Positions 1 through 8,360 of a stretch of 64,000 bases of DNA are shown in pieces. The notes below the pieces were generated by a model, which saw only the letters and a program-made list of their open reading frames with translations, was not told the DNA's origin and searched no databases. The position numbers and the translations under genes were made by a program. The stretch covers positions 96,001 to 160,000 of the forward strand of contig CAWCKJ010000002.1 in the NCBI GenBank assembly GCA_963796105.1, read 5' to 3'. The first letter of the stretch is position 1, and each line of letters begins with the position of its first letter. This DNA is from a candidate division FCPU426 bacterium (GTDB lineage: Bacteria; Oederibacteriota; Muellerivitia; Muellerivitales; Muellerivitaceae).

Positions 1-807
1 CCTCATCAGAACGGCGATGGGCTGGAAGCTCTCGGGCAGGTCCGCCAGCCGCACGTCCACCACCTTGTTCTCCTCCAGGCCGGTGATCCGGCAGGCCGCG
101 GTGTTGAAGGTCCTGACTTTCTCGTCCTGGTGGGCCACGACGATTCCAGTCTGGATGCTGGCCAGCACCAGGTGGTGGTAATCCACCAGGTCCTTCAGGT
201 GCTTCTGGGAATCCAATAGTTTCCGGATGGCGGTATCGGCCTGGTCGGAGATGGACGCGTTGATTTTACCGTAGCGGTGGGCCAGCTCCTCCCGCTTCCG
301 GGAGTCCACCGCGAGGTAGCCGCTGAAGGTGGCCACGATCAGGAGGAAGGGAATCTTGAGGATGGTCGTGGTATCGGTCAGCACGAGCTGGCCTGTGATC
401 CGGTATTGGAGGAAAAGGTAGATGAAGCAGGCGGCTACGCCCACGACGAGGCACTCCTTCAGGTTCCGCACCAGCGCGCAGATGAAGATGGTGAGGAAGT
501 AGAGGGCCATGAGGTCCCACTCGTGGACGCCGGTCAAGTAAAGCCCGCAGGCCACGAAGAAAGTGTCCAGGAAGAAGATCAGGATCAGGACCAGCTTGAC
601 CTCCAGCCAGGCCTGGAAAAGGAAGAACATGGCGATGATGGAAAGCAGGAAGAAGGAAAGCAGGATGATGGCGTGGATCTCGTAAGCCTGGGGCGGGGGG
701 TTGAAGATGAGGAAGAGCGTGATGATGGAAAGGGAAAGCAGGCGCAGCGAAATCAGCACCCGGCGGTGCTCGCTGGCGAGGGCGATGTTCATCTGGTTGT
801 CTTCCAT
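1..807 (-). CDS. Membrane sensor protein with PAS domain, probable histidine kinase (3' end outside window)
   Basis: Manual translation from ATG at 807: MEDNQMNIALASEHRRVLISLRLL..., several TM helices, then LASIQTGIVVAHQDEKVRTFNTAACRITG (PAS-like). Follows a receiver gene. Confidence 0.75.
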   Translation of the reverse strand, partial: MEDNQMNIALASEHRRVLISLRLLSLSIITLFLIFNPPPQAYEIHAIILLSFFLLSIIAMFFLFQAWLEVKLVLILIFFLDTFFVACGLYLTGVHEWDLMALYFLTIFICALVRNLKECLVVGVAACFIYLFLQYRITGQLVLTDTTTILKIPFLLIVATFSGYLAVDSRKREELAHRYGKINASISDQADTAIRKLLDSQKHLKDLVDYHHLVLASIQTGIVVAHQDEKVRTFNTAACRITGLEENKVVDVRLADLPESFQPIAVLMR

Positions 808-838
808 GATTCTAGCGCCCCTTTCCGGGCTTTTTCCG

Positions 839-1231
839 TCACCCGTTGATTTGGGGGACAGATTGCTTTTGCAGGATTTCCGCGATGCTTTTCCGTAAGT
901 CTTTCAGGTTGACCGGTTTCTTGAAAAAGGCCCTCACCATGGGCTCGTTGCGCTGGAGGTAGCCCTTGTAGGCTGGATAACCTGAGACCACCACCACCGG
1001 GATGCTGAGTTGGGCGTCGCGAATCCGGGGGATAAAAGCGGTGGCGTCGCCCCCGGGAAGCTTGATGTCCGTCAGGATCAGGTCGATGTGGGTGTCCTCC
1101 AACACCACCAGGGCCTTCAGGGCGTCCGGGCAGGCAATAACTGTATAGCCCGCCTCGGTGAGGTCCTCCTCGAAAAGGAACCTTTGGTTTTTCTCATCTT
1201 CGATCACCAGGATGGTTTTGGGGTCTGACAT
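839..1231 (-). CDS. Single-domain response regulator receiver
   Basis: ILVIEDE, DLILTDIKLPG, VVVVSG and KP motifs. Confidence 0.9.
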   Translation of the reverse strand: MSDPKTILVIEDEKNQRFLFEEDLTEAGYTVIACPDALKALVVLEDTHIDLILTDIKLPGGDATAFIPRIRDAQLSIPVVVVSGYPAYKGYLQRNEPMVRAFFKKPVNLKDLRKSIAEILQKQSVPQING

Positions 1232-1617
1232 ACGCGCGTTCCTTTGCTAGTTCGTCATTTTCACCAAGCTGTTCGTTTAACCCGCCTTGAATAAAACTAT
1301 CCCCGGGATGGTCACTGCCGGGGGTGAATGGGGGATTCGGATACCTTGTGTTGAACCAGCGGGATCATCCGCCGGTGAAACATTTCCTGATTAAATTGTA
1401 TGACTTATCGGGGGGAATACAAGGAAGGCCGTACACTCAAAAGGCGGCAGAGACTAAAATAGTGCAAAAAGGACTCGCGGAAAAACCATCCGACAAAGTC
1501 CAGTAATCAAGGGAAAGAAGCTTCAGGCTTAGCTGGGATTCAGGGGATGGCAAGACATTCTCTACAGGATGAATTTTAATTTTTTAATTTTAAGTTTTAA
1601 ATGAAGGATTGCTTAAC

Positions 1618-1728
1618 GATCGTGTTATATGGCTCGGCCGACGGCCGATGGAAAAATTAATTTTTCCACGGTCCGCAGGCAGGGCCAAAACGCCCATCGG
1701 GCGCAAAGGCAAAGCCTATGCCACGATC
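1618..1728 (+). repeat. Element D: about 110-bp miniature element with GATCGTG...CACGATC termini (also 7303-7552 with nested inserts and 58550-58659 inverted)
   Basis: Three homologous copies with 7-bp terminal inverted repeats and an internal GGAAAA-N4-5-TTTTCC hairpin. Confidence 0.7.
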
Positions 1729-1750
1729 TAGTCTTGTTGTATCCCATGCA

Positions 1751-1843
1751 TACCCGCTAAAATGGCAAAGCCATTTTCTTCCTATAAGTAATTAAGGAGG
1801 CCGGTATCGCAGCAATCTTCAAATAAGTTTTATGGAAGATTGG
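1751..1843 (-). repeat. Element A unit containing the AAAATGGC-NNN-GCCATTTT hairpin (C)
   Basis: Reverse complement reads ccaatcttccataaa...gaagattgctgcgataccggcctcc... The same hairpin occupies the same position at 25237-25259. Confidence 0.7.
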
Positions 1844-1962
1844 CACAACCGTGGCAAAAGATGTTACTGTGGTTTCGATGAAACCCGTGGTGTGTTGTTG
1901 TTGCTTTAGCTGAGTCTCCGTGTCCCTGTGGTGAGAGATGTCCGTTGTCTTCAATCCACCAT

Positions 1963-2643
1963 TCAAATTTTAGAATGGTCCTTCTTGAGCAGGTGATAAC
2001 ATTTTCTCGCCCAATTGAACAACCGGGTCTTCAGCCTTTTATCCTGGGTGTACTCGAAACGAGGGTTGGTCCTGATATCCTCCCCGATGATTTCCTTGAA
2101 CCTCACGCCGGGATGGTTTTTCAAGACGTGGGAGAAGCTGACCTGGTCCCTGAACTGCCACCGGCATAGTTCCGCCCACCAGGATTCGAACAATTCGTTG
2201 ACCCTGGGGATGTTCCTCCTGAGGATGAGATTGGTTTCCCATAAACCGGCCTTCTCGGGGAAACCCAGGCTTCGGTAGTGTTTTTCCTGCTCCTCCAGGA
2301 GCCTCATGAGCCATGGGTCCGACCTGAACCGCCTGTCCGTACGGAGGATTTTGATCTCCTCATAAAGGCAGTCCCGGGCGGGATGCTTGAACACCGCCAA
2401 ATCCGCGTCTCCCAGGTATCTCTTGACCGCCTCCGACTCGCTGATCCTCAATTTGATGTTGGCGTCCATCCAGATCAGGATGCCGCTGTCGGGGAAATAA
2501 AGGTGCCCCAGCATCTTGGAGCGCCTCGCCTCGTAAACAGGGGATAGCAGGCCCCCCTCCGGCCCGAAGCAGGGAATGTCGGTTCTCTTGAAAAAGGCGC
2601 CGTAGCGGTTTTGGGTCAGGGCGGTATAGGAGGCGATTTTCAA
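1963..2643 (-). CDS. DUF616-like glycosyltransferase-domain protein
   Basis: IWMDAN, FKHPARDCLYEE and RDQVSF motifs. Confidence 0.75.
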   Translation of the reverse strand: MKIASYTALTQNRYGAFFKRTDIPCFGPEGGLLSPVYEARRSKMLGHLYFPDSGILIWMDANIKLRISESEAVKRYLGDADLAVFKHPARDCLYEEIKILRTDRRFRSDPWLMRLLEEQEKHYRSLGFPEKAGLWETNLILRRNIPRVNELFESWWAELCRWQFRDQVSFSHVLKNHPGVRFKEIIGEDIRTNPRFEYTQDKRLKTRLFNWARKCYHLLKKDHSKI

Positions 2644-2701
2644 TGGTTTAACCCTTTCCGCCTTTAAATAGCAAATCTCCTCCCCAGATTCAAGAGTTTT
2701 C

Positions 2702-3700
2702 GGGGTCAGGTCTTCATTTTATATTAACTCCTGGTACAATACATGAATGGCCCGACCCCTCCGAGTGCACTTTGAAGGCGCTGTGTATCACGTGACTTCC
2801 CGCGGGAATGAACGGGGGGACATTGTCCGTTCGGATCAAGACCGGGAATTGTTTTTGCGCGTTTTGTCCCATGTGGTGGAAGACCACCATGTGTTGTGCC
2901 ACGCCTGGGTGCTGATGAATAATCATTATCATCTGCTTCTTGAAACACCGGAAGCCAACTTATCGAAAGCCATCCGGCATCTCAATGGGGTCTATACCCA
3001 GAAATTCAACAGGACCCATGACCGGGTGGGTCATTTATTCCAGGGCCGTTTCAAGGCCATCCATGTGGAGAAAGGCTCTCATTTGTTGGAACTGTGCAGG
3101 TATTTGGCGTTGAATCCTGTGCGAGCCGGCATGGTCAAGCATCCCCGGGAGTGGCGATGGAGCAGTTACCGCGCGACAGCGGGGGTCTCCGGGAAGGAGC
3201 CATGGCTTGAGGTGAATTGGGTTTTGAGCCAATTCGGGAAGCGTTTTAAGGTGGCCCAAGCTTCTTACAGGAAATTTGTTTTGGAGGGGATTGGGAAAAA
3301 GGGGTCGCCCTGGGATGAGATGGGCGGGAGCATTTATTACGGAGGAGAGGCGCTCAAGGAGAAGTTAAAGGGGTTGTTGAAGCGCAAAGACCCGGAGATA
3401 CCCTTAAAACATCACCGGATTGAGAGGCCGGCGGCAATGGAGGTGCTGAAACAAGTGTCGAGAGCCTATCGGGTGGATGAGAAAGTGATCACGGACAAAC
3501 GGCATCAAGTGAACGAGGCAAGGGATGTGGGCATGTACTTATTGCGGAAAAGATCGGGAATGTCTCTGGGGGAAATCGCGTCAAAGTTCGGCGTGAAATA
3601 CCCGGCGGTGGGAAATAGGCTGGCGGTGATGAGAAAGAAAGTTGAGACGGATCCTGGATTCAGGGCCAAGTTAGATAATATAAAATGAAGACCTGACCCC
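2702..3700 (+). mobile_element. 999-bp element with perfect 25-bp terminal inverted repeats carrying a Y1 HUH transposase (TIR-flanked RAYT type)
   Basis: ggggtcaggtcttcattttatatta at 2702-2726 and its exact reverse complement at 3676-3700. Confidence 0.85.
2747..3688 (+). CDS. RAYT-like Y1 tyrosine transposase with C-terminal DnaA-C-like HTH
   Basis: YHVTSRGN, LMNNHYHLL (HUH), HLFQGRFKA, YLALNPVRAG, WSSY; C-terminal SLGEIASKFG HTH. Confidence 0.9.
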   Translation: MARPLRVHFEGAVYHVTSRGNERGDIVRSDQDRELFLRVLSHVVEDHHVLCHAWVLMNNHYHLLLETPEANLSKAIRHLNGVYTQKFNRTHDRVGHLFQGRFKAIHVEKGSHLLELCRYLALNPVRAGMVKHPREWRWSSYRATAGVSGKEPWLEVNWVLSQFGKRFKVAQASYRKFVLEGIGKKGSPWDEMGGSIYYGGEALKEKLKGLLKRKDPEIPLKHHRIERPAAMEVLKQVSRAYRVDEKVITDKRHQVNEARDVGMYLLRKRSGMSLGEIASKFGVKYPAVGNRLAVMRKKVETDPGFRAKLDNIK

Positions 3701-3788
3701 AATGCGGGGGTGTGCCGGCTCAAGAATGCTTGGCCTTTTTGCCTTTAATTCATAATTTAAAATTCAAAATTTAGAATTCATTCATGTG

Positions 3789-3860
3789 CCGATCATCTGT
3801 GAAAACAAGATGAGAACGGTACGATACCAGCCTCAGTAAAAGTTTTATGGAAGGCTGGCA
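3789..3860 (+). repeat. Element A single unit flanked by TGTG/TGTG
   Basis: tgtg-ccgatcatct...ggtacgataccagcc...ggaaggctggca-tgtg. Confidence 0.85.
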
Positions 3861-3933
3861 TGTGGTTTTCACGAATGCCTTGGCCCCCTATGCCGAGCCC
3901 ACAAGGCGAGGCGTGAGTCTTGGGTGTGCCGGC

Positions 3934-4671
3934 TCAAGAATGAGCCGGCCAGTTGTCTACGCCGATCACGTGCAGTCCCACCCTCAGCAGGCTTCCCCAA
4001 AGCTTCGCGTATTCCACCCAGAATTCGCGCTCCATCCAAAAGCAGCTGGGCGCCGGCTCATTGGGACAGGAGACCACCTGGAATGAGGCCTTCCGGGGGG
4101 CGCCGTGCCGGTTTTGGGGCTGATCCGGGTAGGCGCCGGTCAGGTGAAAGCCGGAAAGGAAAAGGTACAGCCTGGTCAGCAACAGCGACCGGGGCTCATG
4201 CTGCCAGGTGGTGACGAGCGCGATCCGGTTGAAACCGCGTTGCCGGATAAAGGGCGCGGCTAAGCGGGCGTTCTGGTCGGTCGTGCGGGCGTGGGATTCG
4301 ATGGTGATGGAGATGTTCTTGTCGGCCTCGGGGTTCAGCAGGGGCCGGACGTCCTGGACCATCTCCGAAAAATAAGCCGTGGATTGGTATTGGCGGGCCA
4401 GCGCGATGCCGCGCCGGTCGGATTGGGTGGTGCCCCCGTAAACCAGGACCAGTTCAGGCCTTTCCGGTCCGGGTTTGCCCGCGTAAACCGCCCAGTAATA
4501 GATGAATTGGGCCAGGAGCAGAACCGCCAGAAGGCAGAAGGGGACCAAGAATAGTTTCCGCCGGAGAAGGTAGAGTCTCAGGTTCGGGTAGGAATTGCGC
4601 GAGACGCGTTTTTGCCCCGCGGGGGGTTGATTGGGATATTCTTTTTTATATCTGTTGTTTCTGTCATACAT
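3934..4671 (-). CDS. YdcF/DUF218 (SanA/ElyC-like) protein
   Basis: N-terminal TM, LVYGG, ESHARTTDQNA, LVTTWQHEPR and EYAK motifs. Confidence 0.8.
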   Translation of the reverse strand: MYDRNNRYKKEYPNQPPAGQKRVSRNSYPNLRLYLLRRKLFLVPFCLLAVLLLAQFIYYWAVYAGKPGPERPELVLVYGGTTQSDRRGIALARQYQSTAYFSEMVQDVRPLLNPEADKNISITIESHARTTDQNARLAAPFIRQRGFNRIALVTTWQHEPRSLLLTRLYLFLSGFHLTGAYPDQPQNRHGAPRKASFQVVSCPNEPAPSCFWMEREFWVEYAKLWGSLLRVGLHVIGVDNWPAHS

Positions 4672-4871
4672 AGTCAGTGGTTCCTAGCTCCCGGATAATT
4701 TGTTCTATACCTTTTGGCGGTTAAAGTAAATCTCGTTTAAGGTCATGTTTGTAATCGAATCGCGTCGAACCGTTCGAAATGGCTTGCCAAGTGTTGTTCC
4801 GCGGTTATTGGGTATTTTCTTGAAATTCAAAATTTAAAATTGCCTTTTAAAAATTCGGCCCGTTTGTTTTG

Positions 4872-5480
4872 CTAAAACGAATTCCCGTTAATACCGTGGT
4901 GCTCCGCGGGGTGCCCGGAATGGCCCGGCGTATTCGGCGGGAAAATCTTGGAACTGGCATCCTCCAACAACCTTTCCAGGTCGAGGATGCCGGCGGAATT
5001 ATTCATCAATTCCTTGGCCGGGTGGTCGGGGAACAAGGCGACTTCGACGCGCTTGCCTAGGGCGTTCACCGATTTCAAAAGGTCGGTATATTCCTCGCTC
5101 TCCGAGACCAGGATGGCGGTGTCGAACAAGTTGCGGGCCGCGTAATAAACCATCTCGGAGGCAAGAAGGATGCCCACGCCCTTTTCCCTGAGGCCTGTAT
5201 GCCCGTTGGAGGCCATGTGGCCCAAGCGGACCTCCACGAAGGGGGTTTTGTCGAGGGATTCCAGGAACGGCTGCTGCGTCGCCGCTTTTTCCGGGAAGAG
5301 TTTCTTGTCGTAGGAGCTGTTGTAGTAGAAGATCCTCTCCAGCTTCCTTTCCTTGCCTGTCAGGGCGAGGCCGAATTGGTAATAATCCACCCGGGTCGGC
5401 TGTTGGTTGCGCTTGAGGGCGAAATACAAATTATTCCCGTCGATAAACACGAAAACGCGGTTCATGGGCGATGGTTTCAC
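4872..5480 (-). CDS. NYN domain (LabA/DUF88) protein
   Basis: VFIDGNNLY, EKGV, DTAILVS and GKRVEV motifs; some canonical acidic residues are substituted. Confidence 0.85.
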   Translation of the reverse strand: MKPSPMNRVFVFIDGNNLYFALKRNQQPTRVDYYQFGLALTGKERKLERIFYYNSSYDKKLFPEKAATQQPFLESLDKTPFVEVRLGHMASNGHTGLREKGVGILLASEMVYYAARNLFDTAILVSESEEYTDLLKSVNALGKRVEVALFPDHPAKELMNNSAGILDLERLLEDASSKIFPPNTPGHSGHPAEHHGINGNSF

Positions 5481-5676
5481 TTTCTTTTTCGTTTCAAAAA
5501 AGCTGGCTGATTATAGCCAAAAAAACAACTTGAATGCCAGCTATCAAAAGCGGCGCCGTGCGGTTGATTTACCGGCTGATTTAGGCTCCGTTAAAAGGGG
5601 ATCATCCAGGCCTTTCTATATATAACTGCAATCATGAGTTTTGCTTTTGAATCGTCAATTGTTGAGGGCATTCGTA

Positions 5677-5827
5677 CCGAGCATCCATGCAAACATAAGG
5701 AGATCGGTACAGTACCAGCCTCCTTTAACTGTGTTATGGAAGGCTGGCACGTACCGATCATCCATGCAAACATAAGGAGATCGGTGTTATACCGAGCTTT
5801 CCAAAAAAGTTTCATCGAGGTTCGGCA
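5677..5827 (+). repeat. Two tandem element A units
   Basis: cgta-ccga...ggca-cgta-ccga...ggca. Confidence 0.8.
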
Positions 5828-5970
5828 TTTGGTGAAACGGAATTTTTTTGCCATACCGTGAGTTCGAAGAAACCTGTCGTTTGTAGTTAAATGTATTTTT
5901 TGTTTTGCGGTTTTTGCCTTACCCAAGAGGAAGCTTTTCCGTGACCTCTGTGGTTTCTAAGAAACCTGTG

Positions 5971-6042
5971 CCGATCATCCATAAAAATATATCGAGATCG
6001 CTACTATGCCAGTCCCAATATCATCCTTTTGGAAGACTGGCA
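5971..6042 (+). repeat. Element A unit inserted in a CTGTGGTTTC..GAAACCTGTG|GTGA palindrome
   Basis: TGTG on both sides; empty host versions near 20367, 24289 and 27617. Confidence 0.85.
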
Positions 6043-6198
6043 TGTGGTGAAATGTTGAAGCCGTTTGTTTTACTGTTGTTTTCATTTTTCATTCTACATT
6101 TTCCATTATCCATTTTTGCCGGGTATTTTCCCCCTCCCACGCCCATCCGCCTTATAATTAAGGAAGAAGGCAATCCCATTGGTCAAGGCGGGGCATTC

Positions 6199-7137
6199 AT
6201 GAAATTGAAACTCTTGGTGCCGCTCGGGCTGGTCCAGGAACGCTGGCATTCCGACCGGAAGCTTTTCATGGACAGGGCCAAGGAGCTTGGCGCGGAAGTT
6301 CTCCTGCAGGCGGACCGATTCAATGACGTGCTGAAGACCATCCAGGAAGGGAAGCTCAAGGACCAGGGCGTGGATGTCCTGGTGGTGGTGAGCCACAACG
6401 ACGAGGACTCTGCCCCCATCGTGAACGCGGCCCATGAGGCGGGAGTCCTGGTGGTGGCCTACGACCGGTTGATCCATGACTGCGACCTGGACCTTTACGT
6501 GTCCTTCGACAACGAGGCCGTGGGGGAGATGCAGGCCGAGTACCTGGTGGAAAGAAAACCCAAGGGCAATTACGTCCTCATCGGGGGCTCCCCGACGGAT
6601 GTCAACGCCGAGCTCTGCCGGAAGGGGCAGATGAAGGTTCTCCAGCCCTTCGTGAACAACGGCCGGATCCAGATCGTGGAGGACCAGTGGGCCAAGGACT
6701 GGCTTCCCATGGAGGCCCTGAGGATCACGAAGTCCGCCCTGGACAAGACCGGGAACCAGGTGGACGCGGTGCTGGCCTCCAACGACGGCACGGCGGGAGG
6801 GGCCATCCAGGCCCTGGCGGGAAGGGGCCTGGCGGGCAAGGTGCCCGTCACGGGGCAGGACGCGGACCTGGCCGCCTGCCAGAGGATCGTGGATGGGACG
6901 CAGTGCATGACGGTTTACAAGCCCCTCAAGCGCCTCGCGGCCCAGGCCGCCGAGGCCGCCGCGGCCCTCGCGTTGAAAAAGCCCATTCCGGACACCCGGG
7001 GGATCCACAACGGGAGGAAGGTTGTCCCCAGCATCCTGTTCCAGCCGGTCCTGGTGGACTACACCAACATCTACCAGACCGTCTTTTCCGACGGCTTCCA
7101 CGACGAGTCGAAGGTGTTCAAGAAAGAACCGACCTAA
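6199..7137 (+). CDS. xylF: D-xylose-type sugar ABC substrate-binding protein (XylF-like)
   Basis: ERWHSDR, VVAYDRLI, YVSFDNEAVG, GGSPTD.NA, ASNDGTAGG, VTGQDAD and TVYKP motifs; likely start ATG 6199. Confidence 0.8.
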   Translation: MKLKLLVPLGLVQERWHSDRKLFMDRAKELGAEVLLQADRFNDVLKTIQEGKLKDQGVDVLVVVSHNDEDSAPIVNAAHEAGVLVVAYDRLIHDCDLDLYVSFDNEAVGEMQAEYLVERKPKGNYVLIGGSPTDVNAELCRKGQMKVLQPFVNNGRIQIVEDQWAKDWLPMEALRITKSALDKTGNQVDAVLASNDGTAGGAIQALAGRGLAGKVPVTGQDADLAACQRIVDGTQCMTVYKPLKRLAAQAAEAAAALALKKPIPDTRGIHNGRKVVPSILFQPVLVDYTNIYQTVFSDGFHDESKVFKKEPT

Positions 7138-7302
7138 AACCCACCAAAAGACAATTTTGAATGTTGAATTTTAAATTGCTGAAGACTCAATTAAAGGCGT
7201 CAGGAATAGCTGGGATTCAGGGGATAAACATATTAACCACGGGTTCCCACGGGAACCACAGTGCTTACGCATCACAGAAGAAGATTTAATGGGATCTGTT
7301 TA

Positions 7303-7552
7303 GATCGTGTTCTATGGCCAATGCCGACGACCCCGGGAAAATCTATTTTTCCGAGGACCGCGGGCATGTACCGGTTCACCATAAAGCAGTTAAGGAAATC
7401 GGTACGATACAGGCCGCATGAGGCTACCAGCCGAGAGCGATGGTTGCCGGGGCAGATTTATAGTAAATCTGTACCAGCCTCATTTAAAGGTTTATGAATG
7501 GCTGGCATGGCCATATCGCCAATGGCGCAAAAGCCATGCTCTTGTCACGATC
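7303..7552 (+). repeat. Nested element: D containing A (7371-7507) containing B (7410-7471)
   Basis: Comparison with empty D (1618-1728) and uninterrupted A units. Confidence 0.8.
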
Positions 7553-7790
7553 GCGGTTTTTAACCTATTTGATGTTTTAACTGTGTCTCTGTGTTGTGCG
7601 AAGCACAACTGTGGTGAAACGTTGAAGTTGTTTGTTTTGCTGTTGTTTTCATTTTCCATTGTCCATTTTTCATTATGTCCACTTGTGTCCCTGAAAGTTT
7701 GCGCGTCAACCTGTTTTGGGCGGGTCTTGTGCTATACTGCCCCGCGCTTGATGTGGATTTCCGTAATTAAATAAATGGGGAGCGGATACG

Positions 7791-8036
7791 ATGAGTTTCC
7801 AACAAAAACGCGTCTATTCCTTTTGGCGCAACAGGATCAGGGCCGCCAAGGGCATGGATGCCTTGAACGAGATAGTCAACGGCCTTAACCGGCAATTGAA
7901 CCGGATCATCCAGAACAACGCGGACAAGGGTTTATCCGAACAGACCATTATCGAGCTGTGGGACCTATTGAAGAAAAAAAGAAGAAGTTATTTGGCGCGG
8001 ACCGAGTTCTTCAGGTGCGGGAATTTTTCGGTCTAA
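7791..8036 (+). CDS. Small hypothetical protein
   Basis: 81-aa ORF with a purine-rich RBS-like sequence upstream; no recognised motif. Confidence 0.55.
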   Translation: MSFQQKRVYSFWRNRIRAAKGMDALNEIVNGLNRQLNRIIQNNADKGLSEQTIIELWDLLKKKRRSYLARTEFFRCGNFSV

Positions 8037-8250
8037 CCGCGCGATATTAATTGTTAATTTTTCATTCTACATTGCCTGTCCATCGACCAGTCTTCCGACA
8101 TGTCTCCCGACCTGTGTCCCGTAGCTTGCGCGTAGGGACAAGCTTTAGCAAAGGAAGAAGCTCAAAGAGCGCAGTGGTATGTTGAATTGTTTATTGTGGT
8201 TTTGATATTTTTTATGGTACCTAATGAAATGTTTTAACTGTGTCTCTGTG

Positions 8251-8324
8251 CCAATCTTCCATAAAGATTAAATGGAGATTGGTACGATACCGATCTCCTT
8301 ATTAATTTATTTGGAGGGTCGGCA
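8251..8324 (+). repeat. Element A unit inserted in CTGTGTCTCTGTG|TGGTGCGAAGCAC
   Basis: Empty homologue at 7574-7619; TGTG on both sides. Confidence 0.85.
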
Positions 8325-8360
8325 TGTGTGGTGCGAAGCACCGCTGTGGTGAAATGGGTT

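Noticed and set aside
277..849. 190-aa acidic ORF on the plus strand
   Set aside because: Antisense shadow of the membrane sensor gene
5905..6198. N-terminal extension of the XylF ORF
   Set aside because: Runs through an A unit and heptamer repeats; ATG 6199 preferred, though not certain
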